From contig JBEUKZ010000132.1 of NCBI GenBank assembly GCA_048128005.1, positions 124,001 through 188,000 on the forward strand: 64,000 bases of DNA, written 5' to 3'. A program made the position numbers and the translations under genes. A model generated the notes under the pieces. It saw nothing but the letters and a program-made list of their open reading frames with translations. It was not told where the DNA came from and did no database searches. Origin of the DNA: Veleropilina oligotropha (lineage: Eukaryota). Shown here in pieces: positions 13,096 through 22,609 of the stretch (the first letter of the stretch is position 1; each line of letters opens with the position of its first letter).

Positions 13096-15071
13096 ATTTG
13101 ATTTGAACATATTTTATTGTTATTAAACAATTGTTGGATTGGGCAGAAGTTATTTCAACTTACAAAGGCCCTTTCCATACACATATAATAACAAAATGAC
13201 AAAATGGCAACTTACATATTATATAATATTAAAGAACATTTTCATATTGATGGTGCTGAGGGTGCTAGTGCTGGTGCAGTGTGCTGGTCCGGTTTATTTA
13301 TCAATAACTAAATAAATAATTATATATAATAAAAGCATAGTTATATAATTATATGCCTGGAGAAATCAATTTTCAATGTATATTTCATTATCAACTTGGG
13401 TTTCCATAATGCTGTCAAATAAATCTGCGAGTATGCTTCATGTATTTTTGTACGTCAATAAAGATTATTTTATTATCGCATATATGCTTAATGTATTATT
13501 ACCATATAGCAAGAGATCAATTGTTATTTCATAAGGGTATATGCTAGATATATTTCGCAGTAGAATATTCCTTTGCTGTGTATAATTTGGGCATTCCAGA
13601 AAGCAGTGCATGGCATTTTCAGTAGCATATCCACAGGTGCACATTGGATTGTCTACAATATGATGTGAAAACAAATCTCCATTCAATTGGCTACATGCGT
13701 TTCTTAGGCGAGTGTGTAGTATAGAATTTAGTCTGTCACCTGTACTATACCACAGTGGTGGCGCATACGTATATTTTAATATTTGTTTAAGGTCACTTAT
13801 TGTCTGAGCATTACTAATGGTAACAGATTGGTCATTCCAGAGTTGGCAAGTTGACGGTAAGAACGATCTACGTGTGTTCTGAAGTGAATTATTTGAAATT
13901 GCATAATTTTCACCATTTCTCAACGGGTAATTACTTAAATCTTGGACTTTTGGGGGAGAAGTTTCCACAAATAGTCTGGTGTTAGTTTTTTTGCATTTTG
14001 AAAAGGGTTAGTATCTTTGCCTTCTGTCTGCGCTTTGTAAGTGATTCAATGTCAGTTTCAAAGTATAGTTTATCTAACGATGTATATCTTGGAAGACCTG
14101 TTATTATTCGTAATGCTTCGTTTTGTAATTTATCTAGTTTATCTGAGTCACGAGCAGTATGACCAAGCAGTATCCCAGACATGGTCTGATATACGCCTTG
14201 TAAATTTTAAGAAGAGTGTCACTTTTTAAGTTTGGCTTCAATTTTCGCAGAACTACTACCTTTTTGACACATTATTCGAAATATAATCAATGTGTTTTGA
14301 CCATTTTCCATCACTGGATAAAATGACACCTTAATGTCGGTGTTCAGAGACGAACTTGACTGGTGTATTTTCAAAAAATAATTGAGGGTTCAAGTTTTGT
14401 CGAGTTATCATTAACCCTTCAGCTTTAGAGGTGTTAAACCTTATGAGCCATTGTTTTGCCCATTCTGAAACAATTTGCAAGTCTCTGTTTATGATATTTT
14501 CTATTTCCATTAAACTATTGGAAATACAGTATAGTGAGGTATCGTCTGCAAATAAACGAGTGTCACAATTTAACAAGGGGGGTAAATCGTTAATGTAAAT
14601 AAGAAAGAGAAAAGGCCCTAGGACAGACCCTTGGGGACACCTGCATTTGTTTCTCTTGGGTTTGAGACTTCATTTCCAACTCTAACTTTTTGGGACCTAT
14701 TTTCGAGATACGATTTTGTCTATTTTAATAATGTACCAATTATTCCACACTGTTCGAGCTTGAATAATAACACCCTACGCCAGACTCGGTTGAGTGCCTT
14801 AGATATGTCGAAAAAATAAAACAAATGTGTTGTTTTTCTTTGAGGGCACTGCATATTGAGTTGTAGATGTCTATTAGTTGATATGTTGTGCAGTGTCCTG
14901 GTAAAAATCCAGATTGATAAGGATATATTATATTGTTTGCCAGGAAGTAATTGTGCATTTGCTTATGTATTATCCTTTCGAAGATTTTACCTACAACACT
15001 TAACAATGATATTTGTCTGTAGTTGGTGCAATTTGACTTGTCACCTTTTTTGAAAATTGGTGTAACGTAAG
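13096..15071 (-). mobile_element. Decayed CR1/L2-group LINE, 3' part (RT domain, C-terminal region, 3' end)
   Basis: VTPIFKKGDKSNCTNYRQISLLSVVGKIFE, YQSGF, PQGSVLGP.LFLIYINDL, LFADDT, W...FN..K, C-terminal CTCG..ENAMHCFLECP; several frameshifts and stops; AATAAA near 13115. Confidence 0.88.
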
Positions 15072-15538
15072 CTGGGGCGGATCCAGGAAAATTTTAGGGG
15101 GGGTCCAATAAATTATTTATGGAGCCAGGTACGTGAGTGGCCGAATGCCGCGAAGATTGAGCGGCCGTAGGCCGCGAATACCTAGGGGGGTTTGGGGGCA
15201 TGCCCCCCCCAAGATTTTTTTCATTTAGACGCTCTGAGAAGCGTTCTCCTGCATTCTAGGACAAAATTTGACATTTTTATTGGACTCAAAATTTATAGTT
15301 TGGAGAGCAGAAAATTAAAAAAAATGTTTTCGTTTCTGGCAGAAATATTGGGGCAGCGGCCGCCGCCCCTGCCGCCCCACCTCCGACGCCTCTGGAAAAA
15401 TGTGCGTTTGTGTAACAAAAAGCTGTGCAGCACTGCTCGCGACGCCGAAGGCATCTCTGGGGGATTGTTTCGGAACGGGGGTATCTACGATATATACGAT
15501 AGAGGATTTTTAAAATTAGAATTGCATTTTATGAGCTG

Positions 15539-15777
15539 AGCAGCAGGGGGGGTGAGTGTACTCTAATAGGGGCAGTTTTTCAGGCATAAAACCAGCAGCA
15601 GCAGGGGGGGGGGTGAGTGTACTCTAATAGGGGCAGTTTTTCAGGCATAAAACCAGCAGCAGCAGGGGGGGTGACCATACCTTTTATGTGGGGGCGCGGC
15701 GAGGGAAATTAAGGCTCCCAGCACCCTTTCCAGACCCCAGGGTAGGGATTGTATTACAAAAAGTTACCGTGTGTACA
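15539..15777 (+). repeat. Left TIR (contains an extra ~60-bp terminal unit)
   Basis: Reverse complement of 30646-30823, except that the unit AGCAGCAG(G)nTGAGTGTACTCTAATAGGGGCAGTTTTTCAGGCATAAAACC is present twice. Confidence 0.93.
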
Positions 15778-15791
15778 CAGCAGGGGTGGGA

Positions 15792-15953
15792 CTAGGGACG
15801 ACGTTTGGCAGGAGCCTTGGCAGGGGCCTTGGCAGGGGCCTTGGCAGGAGCCTTGGCAGGCGTCTTGGTAGGAGCCTTGGCAGGAGCCTTGGCAGGGGCC
15901 TTGCGGCGGGAACTTTTCGCGCTGCGCAACATGGGAACGTCTTTCTGCGGCAT
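15792..15953 (-). CDS. 53-aa basic Lys/Ala/Pro-repeat (histone H1-tail-like) protein; not in the ORF track
   Basis: MPQKDVPMLRSAKSSRRKAPAKAPAKAPTKTPAKAPAKAPAKAPAKAPAKRRP*; start context CAAC-ATG; the 12-bp repeat varies mainly at GCC/GCT synonymous sites in this frame. Confidence 0.6.
   Translation of the reverse strand: MPQKDVPMLRSAKSSRRKAPAKAPAKAPTKTPAKAPAKAPAKAPAKAPAKRRP
15805..15900. repeat. 8 x 12-bp tandem repeat TTGGCAGGRGCC
   Basis: Directly visible; encodes the KAPA repeat on the minus strand. Confidence 0.95.
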
Positions 15954-16102
15954 GTTGATTTCAAGTATAACTACACAGCGTCTAACATGCCGATATAGTA
16001 GTATGTAGTAAGAGCCCGTAGGGACGGCCCGTTACCCTCGCCGGCCCGGGCTCGCTTTTAGACATACCCATATCACAGGATATACCCACTGCAAAGGATA
16101 CG

Positions 16103-16390
16103 ATGTGGGGAACGGACACCTGTCAATGGCTCACCATCAGCTCCACGGAGCTATGTGGTAAGAGATGTCTGAGCGAGTATTGCAAAGTCCACCTGGCTCG
16201 GCAACGGCGAAATGGCCGGGGCACAAAACCCTGCAGCAAATGCGGGAAGGGCGTTTTCAACCGGTTTACGCTGTGTCAGGGCTGTGGGTATCACAATGAG
16301 AACGTTAAGGACTGTCAACGAAAGAGCAGGGCCTTCGAGAGAGAGTTTCTCCGCATGGCTGCAATATACCTCACCCAAATTTCCTATTAG
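16103..16390 (+). CDS. Small Cys/His-rich putative zinc-finger protein (95 aa)
   Basis: C..CxxxC....CxxH followed by CxxC...CxxC; ATG start; co-oriented directly upstream of the replicase. Confidence 0.6.
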   Translation: MWGTDTCQWLTISSTELCGKRCLSEYCKVHLARQRRNGRGTKPCSKCGKGVFNRFTLCQGCGYHNENVKDCQRKSRAFEREFLRMAAIYLTQISY

Positions 16391-16426
16391 AGAGGCGCTG
16401 TCCATAGTGTATACCCGCCCGGCAAC

Positions 16427-19400
16427 ATGTCGACTATGGATGACTATATAGACCAACTGCTCGCAGACATGCAGGCATCTGAAACTCTCCGGGACGTGGT
16501 TCAGAATATTCTAGACGAACCAATCCCGGAAGACGTGAAGGAGCGCTTGTTGAAGCCTCTGGTCCCATCCAAGGATCCCCAAACGGAGAGAAAGCGGAAA
16601 GCCATTGTTGAGGAATTTGACCCAATCCCCCTCTCCAAAAAGCCCCGGACAGCCCAGGACTACCAGAATGATCTACTAGGGCTGTTTACCACAACAGAGG
16701 GGCAACGATTCATCGACCTGGATGACCAGGTCCCTCCCCCTGTAAGGCTCCCAGCAAAAGAGCCATGGGTGGAACTCTTGAGCGACGCCAAAGACGAGTT
16801 TGAGGTCGATGGCGCCGCGGCGGCCTTCTCCACATGGAGGATAGAAGTGGCTGGACGGCTGGCCCTGGATGCCCGTATGACAGATGCAAGGGCGGCACAG
16901 CTCCTCACAGCCCTTCCCAAGGGTGAGTTTCTCCTGAGGATAAAGTTCTTGCGGGAGTGGGGTGAAGGCGACTGGGTGGTCGAAGACAAGTTTGACCCGG
17001 TGAAGGCTGCGAGGAAGAAGGGCCAGGGTGTCGTTGAGATCTCTCAGGACACTAAGCCAGGTGCTATCACTGGGGTCGACAAAGCCTACTACGAGAACGC
17101 CTACCCGGTTACTGCAGTCGTCTACGGCGTCTATCCTCTCAGAGAACCAAACCCCGCCAACCTGGTTCCAATGAAGAACGGCGATCTCAACTGCGTTGCC
17201 CAGAGAGTGGTTGAGCACTTCGAAGGTGCCCTGCGAGGAAACGGACTCACCCCGATAAGGCGGCAGAAAATACAGGAGTGGGAGGCGCGAGTTCATGTAA
17301 CAGGCGCCACTGTGGATGATGTGGCTGGCCTTGAGAGGATCCTCAAACGGGCGATTATCTTGAGAGACATCGCCGGCGAGGACATCTACAACAGTGGGAA
17401 ATACCAGTTTGGTGGGTCCACAGGCGGGGTGAGAGGTAAAGTAGAGCTCATATGTCACAACGGCCATGCATGGTCCAAGGAGCTGCACTTCCCGCAAAGT
17501 AGAGAGGTCCACATCTACGAGGGCGATGTCTGGGAAGCTATCCGACAAGCCACACGGAATGAGCCATTAGCTGTCTGGCTCCTTGGCGGTAAAGACCGAC
17601 AGCTCGGCGTGGACCAGTTCGTGCTGCAAGACGGTCGCACGTACAGGACACAAGATGATCACGAGAGACTCCAGGAAGCCTGTACAGCGCTGGGGAATGA
17701 GTCCCTTGCCGAGAGAGCCTTTGGCGTGAACCATGCAGCTAGCATTATGGCCAAAGAGAAGAACGGCTGGAAACCCACCCCAGCGAGCCTGCTCGATGAC
17801 GTCCAGAAGGCCTGCGTGGAGCACGGTCATGGTGGCCTGTGGAATTCCATGAACTATGATACGGGCGATGTCTGCTGCATCGATATGAAAGCCTGCTACC
17901 CTGCTAGCTTTCTGGGGCAGGGCGAGGCCAAGCCGTATTTCGAAAGATTCGGACACCCAACCCACAGCATGACGCGGGTCGCAATTAATGGTCCTCTTCC
18001 CCAAGAAATCGGTACTGGGTTTGCTGAGGTCGTGGAATGGGAGTTCGCGGAAGACATCCACCCCGTCATACCCGCATGGTTCGGCAAGCACTTTGCAGAG
18101 AATGGTTGGGCCCCGACGCCTCTGCTCGCCTACCTCGTAGAGTCTGGACTGCTAAAGAGCCTCAAGATCCGAGAAGCTATCATCACATTCAGAAAGCAAC
18201 TCGAGGTCTGGCTTCCTGAGAACCGTGACCAGGGCTGCAGCATTATCGGCAAATTCACTCAAGGCGCCAAAGCTGATGGCAAAAGATTGACACGGAGGCT
18301 TGTGATTGACCAGGGTGAGCTGGACTTCCTCGTAAGAGACACCCGCCAAAGCGGTACCCTGGTCGGCGCACCTCAAAGGTGCCCTATGGGGCACATCCTC
18401 ACGTACTATGATGGCTCCCAGCCTCAGTACGCCCACCTGAGGGCCTCGATGCTGGCATATGCCCACATCAACCTCCTATCAATGCTTCAGCGTTTCAGTG
18501 CAGCAGAAGCTGTCCGGGTAGCCACTGACAGCATCTACCTCAAGAAGGCCTCGTTGGAGAAGCTCGACGATGTCACGGTGTACGTTGCCCCCAGACTCTG
18601 CGACTGTGGTGAGAAATCGTGCATCTCATGTCTGATCGCGGAGCCGTACCTTCCGCCAGTAGCACCGGCCCAGTGGCGTGACAAGGGCGAACAGCTGTAC
18701 CTGCCACAGGAACATGCCGCATACCTGCCCAAGCCAGAGTATTGTTGTGCCGCCAATTCCAGCCAGCCAAGCACCGCGCCTTGCTACAATGACACGCTGA
18801 CCCACCATCGCCTGAGTTACCTCAATGGTGGAGGGGGCTGTGGCAAGACTACGAGAGCTATAGAGCTCTTCCGGGCAAGGAATCCCATTGTATTCACGCC
18901 AACCCACCGCCTTGCTAAAGAGATGCGAACCAGAGGCGTCAAAGCCCAGACCTACCACAGTTTCTTCCGATGGAGCGGCCAGACTGACTGGACACCCGAC
19001 CGCATGGGTCAGAAGTTCATCCCCCGCGTCATTATCTGGGACGAGGTCTGTACTGTTCCCCGGCCTATCCTCGAGATGTTCTTGGACTGGCTGGGCCACC
19101 ACGAAGTTCAGGTTATCTGCTGTGGCGATCAGGGCCAGCCACCACCGATTACGGGGGAGATGCCGCACGATTGGCTGCGACAGACCGCGGACTACTATGA
19201 GGAGATCGAAGTAGATTACAGGGCGAAAGACGACCCTGCCCTCCAAGCCCTGAAAAGACGTATACGTCTCCAGCCCGACAAAATCCAGTGCGGGGAAATG
19301 CGTAAGAGTCTCCCCAGCTGCCTTGGATGGGATCGGTTTGTCAACACCTGGAGGCCAGGCGACCTAATCCTCACCAGCCGTCAGAAGGTCCGCGAACGGG

Positions 19401-20104
19401 CTCAACAGCTGTTGCTCCAGAGGCACAAGGAGCACTTCCCAGACTCCCAGGTTCCTATCCTTTATCACCCCAGGGACACCCGTAAGCAAAATATCATGGT
19501 AACCATTCCGGGCACCGATGAAAGAGAGGAGCTAGTTCTCAACGACGTCGTTGAGGTCACGATTGAGGCCGCTGAGCGGGCTATCCTGACCCCGGATTGG
19601 CGCCTGGGCTATGCTCTCACCATCCATTCGAGCCAGGGTCTTACCATTCACGACCCACAGAAAGTCTGGATCATCGACGACTACCTTCAGTGGAGTAATC
19701 TCGCCTACCTAGCCGTGTCCCGGGTGGAGCTGCTGCGTCAGCTCGAACGGGTAACCTGTCCACCGGATGAGGGTTCTGAGGACAGGCCCCCCCAAGCGCC
19801 CCAAACCGAGCAACAGCTCCGAAAGACCATCCAGAAAAAGCTTGTGGCGTACAAACGCCAGGACCAGGCAACGGGACTCCCGGGGTTTAACCTCAAGGTC
19901 GACGACATCCTGCGGCTCAGAGAGGCCCAAAACAACCGCTGCGCAGCATGCAACATAGAGCTGCTCTGGGCCTACCAGCCCAAAGATACACAGCAGTTCA
20001 GTGTCGACCGTGTGGACAACCGCAGGGGCCACATCCGCGACAACGTGCGCTTAACGTGCCTTGAATGTAACCGAAAAAGAGGATTTGCAGTTGTTAATGC
20101 CTGA
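16427..20104 (+). CDS. 1225-aa replicase: vOTU-like region + divergent protein-primed-type family B DNA polymerase + SF1B (RecD/Pif1-like) helicase + C-terminal HNH-type nuclease
   Basis: PolB-like motifs HGHGG, motif A CIDMKACYP (D486), degenerate motif B GCSIIGKF, ASMLAYAH, motif C VATDSIY (D701). Helicase motifs GGGGCGKT (801-808), PTH, WDEV, CGDQGQPPP, YRA, YALTIHSSQGLT, YLAVSR. HNH-type CAAC...SVDRVDNRRGHIRDNVRLTCLECN. Confidence 0.82.
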   Translation: MSTMDDYIDQLLADMQASETLRDVVQNILDEPIPEDVKERLLKPLVPSKDPQTERKRKAIVEEFDPIPLSKKPRTAQDYQNDLLGLFTTTEGQRFIDLDDQVPPPVRLPAKEPWVELLSDAKDEFEVDGAAAAFSTWRIEVAGRLALDARMTDARAAQLLTALPKGEFLLRIKFLREWGEGDWVVEDKFDPVKAARKKGQGVVEISQDTKPGAITGVDKAYYENAYPVTAVVYGVYPLREPNPANLVPMKNGDLNCVAQRVVEHFEGALRGNGLTPIRRQKIQEWEARVHVTGATVDDVAGLERILKRAIILRDIAGEDIYNSGKYQFGGSTGGVRGKVELICHNGHAWSKELHFPQSREVHIYEGDVWEAIRQATRNEPLAVWLLGGKDRQLGVDQFVLQDGRTYRTQDDHERLQEACTALGNESLAERAFGVNHAASIMAKEKNGWKPTPASLLDDVQKACVEHGHGGLWNSMNYDTGDVCCIDMKACYPASFLGQGEAKPYFERFGHPTHSMTRVAINGPLPQEIGTGFAEVVEWEFAEDIHPVIPAWFGKHFAENGWAPTPLLAYLVESGLLKSLKIREAIITFRKQLEVWLPENRDQGCSIIGKFTQGAKADGKRLTRRLVIDQGELDFLVRDTRQSGTLVGAPQRCPMGHILTYYDGSQPQYAHLRASMLAYAHINLLSMLQRFSAAEAVRVATDSIYLKKASLEKLDDVTVYVAPRLCDCGEKSCISCLIAEPYLPPVAPAQWRDKGEQLYLPQEHAAYLPKPEYCCAANSSQPSTAPCYNDTLTHHRLSYLNGGGGCGKTTRAIELFRARNPIVFTPTHRLAKEMRTRGVKAQTYHSFFRWSGQTDWTPDRMGQKFIPRVIIWDEVCTVPRPILEMFLDWLGHHEVQVICCGDQGQPPPITGEMPHDWLRQTADYYEEIEVDYRAKDDPALQALKRRIRLQPDKIQCGEMRKSLPSCLGWDRFVNTWRPGDLILTSRQKVRERAQQLLLQRHKEHFPDSQVPILYHPRDTRKQNIMVTIPGTDEREELVLNDVVEVTIEAAERAILTPDWRLGYALTIHSSQGLTIHDPQKVWIIDDYLQWSNLAYLAVSRVELLRQLERVTCPPDEGSEDRPPQAPQTEQQLRKTIQKKLVAYKRQDQATGLPGFNLKVDDILRLREAQNNRCAACNIELLWAYQPKDTQQFSVDRVDNRRGHIRDNVRLTCLECNRKRGFAVVNA

Positions 20105-21092
20105 GAACCGGCGGCAGTTGGGTGTCACGAGGCACCACGAGAAGTTCCTCACGAACGAACCCACGCGGTGGTCCATCAAGCAAGTAGTAGAGCACAGGCT
20201 CGTCAGGTTTAGTGACAGAGCGTCCAAGCCTGTGCACTTTTAGAGACCACACCGGGTCAGTCGCTCGCCGGCGACCACCCTCCAACTCACCGGGTTGGTA
20301 TAGGTATCGAACATCTACGTCAGAGGGGAGTTTCTGTTCCTTCCCCTGTCGGCCTGGAACAGTGGCGCCTGGCTTTTGTGCAACGCAAGGTGCCTTGATG
20401 GCGTTCTTGGGCTTTTTACCGGTCAGCCTGGTCACTTCCCCATTCAACGCCGCAACTACAGCTGCTAGCCTGGCGACCCACTCAGTTGACCTTTGACCGT
20501 CTTTCGCAGACCCTGTAAAACTCATCTCTGTTGCATACTGGTGCCCGAAGAGCCGCTCAGCGAGCGTCCGGTTGAAGCGCTCCACAATGCCTTGATCGCG
20601 ATGGAGATCCACACGGCCACGCCTAACCTCGATGTTTTTCTTTGCCAGCAGCTGGGACACCGCGCCCATAAACTCCCGCCCTGGATCAACCTGAAGCAAT
20701 TTCGGCCAGCTAAGAGGACTCCGCCTGTAGATTCGAGACAGAGCTTCAGCAACCCCTTTGGCCTCTTTTGTGGCCAATGGCTCAGCTTCTTTATAGCGAC
20801 TGGCCACATCAACCACAGTCAGAGCGTACTTGTATGTTTTACGACCGACCTTGTCATGTGGGAGAAACAGGAGATCGGCTTGGTGAACCTCGTTCGGCGT
20901 TACGACGTCGAATTTTGGTCTTGGAATCTGCCGTGGCGCAGGTAAATAGATTTGCCAGATGGCCTGCTTCTTCAGCCAATCCCGGGCCACGTCTTCAGAG
21001 ACATCTACCGCGGCCGAGAGATGTTTTATCGCGGCGATCCCTTTCCAGTAGCCTCGGGGGCTATAGTAGCTATTCGCAAGCTTCCGGTTCAT
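20094..21092 (-). CDS. Retroviral-like (rve, DDE) integrase of Polinton type
   Basis: YYSPRGY N-terminus, HQADLL (D), LTVVDVASRY, LQVDPGREF (D), IVERFNRTL (E), TRLTG..P, C-terminal VR......RRATDPVWS. Likely ATG 21092 (ORF open to 21143). No chromodomain seen. Confidence 0.92.
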   Translation of the reverse strand: MNRKLANSYYSPRGYWKGIAAIKHLSAAVDVSEDVARDWLKKQAIWQIYLPAPRQIPRPKFDVVTPNEVHQADLLFLPHDKVGRKTYKYALTVVDVASRYKEAEPLATKEAKGVAEALSRIYRRSPLSWPKLLQVDPGREFMGAVSQLLAKKNIEVRRGRVDLHRDQGIVERFNRTLAERLFGHQYATEMSFTGSAKDGQRSTEWVARLAAVVAALNGEVTRLTGKKPKNAIKAPCVAQKPGATVPGRQGKEQKLPSDVDVRYLYQPGELEGGRRRATDPVWSLKVHRLGRSVTKPDEPVLYYLLDGPPRGFVREELLVVPRDTQLPPVLRH

Positions 21093-21392
21093 TCCGCGCC
21101 CTCGAGTTCTTTTGCCGGTCTTCGCTGCCATCGAGACTGGCAATGTATTCCAGTAAACTGATCAGTCTCCAACAGGCTTCAGCTTCCGGAGCCGGTCGCT
21201 GCGCAGTCGTCGCCCGTAGGTTGGTCGGGCCCGAGAGCACCAGGACCGCGAACCGCACCATAGTCTTTTCGTCGCCGCAGCGAGCAGTCGAGTAACGTAG
21301 TACTATAGCCGACCGCAAGCATAGCGCAGTACAGCTCTTCTGGGAGCCCCATTACTATACATGCCAACGAAAAAAATGTCCACTGGAAATAA

Positions 21393-21821
21393 TTAGGCGA
21401 GCTTGTAGGCGACCAACCCGGTCGCAGCCATCCCCAGGATGATGAAGGTGATCTCACGTCCCTTCTGGCCATCGCTCGGTGTGTAGTAGTCAGACAGGGC
21501 GGGCTCAGGGCCACCCCCCAGGCCGGGGTCAAGGTTCTTGCCAGTGATCAATGCATACTCACGGATCGCGGCGTCAACATCCCGGAATGTCCCAACGGCA
21601 TGACCCTGGCGGCGAAGTTCAACGTTCAGCCAGTCGAGACGCTCTGCCCTCTGTTGTGACCATTTAGTCTGAGCAGCGTTGAGCTGTTCTACAGCAATGT
21701 CGTGGCGTTTACGCTCCGCATCGACACCGGAGCTGCGTAGCTTCGAGAAGAGGAAGTTCGAGCCACTGAAGGCGAGGGCGTTGACGAGAGCGCCCCCAAC
21801 CAGCATCGCAATGGAAGCCAT
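21393..21821 (-). CDS. Viral membrane protein (hydrophobic N-terminus, coiled coil, C-terminal TM)
   Basis: MASIAMLVGGALVNALAFSGSNFLF...; C-terminal ITFIILGMAATGLVAYKLA; tightly packed in the minus-strand gene run. Confidence 0.7.
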   Translation of the reverse strand: MASIAMLVGGALVNALAFSGSNFLFSKLRSSGVDAERKRHDIAVEQLNAAQTKWSQQRAERLDWLNVELRRQGHAVGTFRDVDAAIREYALITGKNLDPGLGGGPEPALSDYYTPSDGQKGREITFIILGMAATGLVAYKLA

Positions 21822-21852
21822 TGAAATGCTGCGATTATCTAGCAAGGTCCCA

Positions 21853-22092
21853 CTACTTCAATATATCGGCCGGAATGATGCCTTGCTTGATCAGCATGTC
21901 TTTCGTCGCCATGGCGAGCGCTACGTCGAGGACGACCATCCCGACATCGTAGCCCGTGAAGTCCAGTTTGGGGCTCGCTCCCTTGAATACCATCTTTGTC
22001 AGGCGTGCGTAGCCTATGGCGAGGCCTGACACTATAGCGGCGTGGTATACAGCGTTGCCGAGCATCTTTCCATCAGTGATTGGGGTAGTCAT
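21853..22092 (-). CDS. 79-aa viral protein with two hydrophobic helices
   Basis: AVYHAAIVSGLAIGYA and VGMVVLDVALAMA; ATG start; fills the gap between neighbours. Confidence 0.65.
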   Translation of the reverse strand: MTTPITDGKMLGNAVYHAAIVSGLAIGYARLTKMVFKGASPKLDFTGYDVGMVVLDVALAMATKDMLIKQGIIPADILK

Positions 22093-22117
22093 AACTGTTG
22101 ATTAGTACCGTTTGCGA

Positions 22118-22609
22118 CTATTGCATATGAAAAGGGTTCTGCTTCTTCAATTCGATAGTGGGGGCGGCCCGAGAGCACCGAGCGTCCGCGTCTGGTGGCT
22201 GTTGATGTGGTGTGGATGGACCAGGGTTGCTGCGTTCTGAGGACGTCTTCCAGACAACAAATACCAACGCAACCGTACCGGCAGCGACGGCTACCTGGGT
22301 CCAATTAAATAGGTCCGATTTCTGTGTATCTGGCGCACGCGGTCTTTCTGCGGCTGGAACCGCCTCCCCGGGCTGTTCTGATGGAACGACAACACTTGTT
22401 GGGGCACTCAGGTCTTCTTTCATTTTTCGAACCGCGGCCAGTAGCTTCTCCTGCTTGGCTTTTCGAGCAGCAGCGCCGGCCCTCCCTGCAGCCACTTTTT
22501 TCGGGTCCTTTTTACTCACTGATGAGTCCGTCGAAGAAGTCACCCTCTCTATCGGCTGGCTCTCGATCGGCTGTCTCTCGATCACTTGGTCCACTTCCGG
22601 CGTTGTCAT
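22118..22609 (-). CDS. Viral protein with basic KKDPKKVAAG motif and one TM segment
   Basis: KKDPKKVAAGRAGAAARKAKQEK; TM VAVAAGTVALVFVVW; likely ATG 22609. Confidence 0.65.
   Translation of the reverse strand: MTTPEVDQVIERQPIESQPIERVTSSTDSSVSKKDPKKVAAGRAGAAARKAKQEKLLAAVRKMKEDLSAPTSVVVPSEQPGEAVPAAERPRAPDTQKSDLFNWTQVAVAAGTVALVFVVWKTSSERSNPGPSTPHQQPPDADARCSRAAPTIELKKQNPFHMQ

Noticed and set aside
15539..15665. CRISPR-like repeat-spacer appearance
   Set aside because: The 'spacers' are identical, the repeat is part of a TIR, the context is eukaryotic, and there are no cas genes.
15764..16008. ORF-track peptides over the 12-bp repeat (LPRL, GRSL and AGAL repeats)
   Set aside because: Alternative frames of the same repeat with non-ATG starts; the KAPA frame has an ATG, good context and synonymous variation.
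16434..20032. Many antisense or alternative-frame ORFs (60-290 aa) inside the replicase
   Set aside because: Shadow ORFs expected in GC-rich coding DNA; no motifs.
16427..20104. Helitron Rep-helicase interpretation
   Set aside because: No HUH Rep motifs; PolB-like motifs, TIRs, TSD and integrase point to a Polinton-like element.
21070..21392. Possible small gene between the integrase and the 150-aa ORF
   Set aside because: Two short overlapping frames (MGLPEELY..., ...WRLISLLEYIASL...) without motifs; a frame cannot be chosen.
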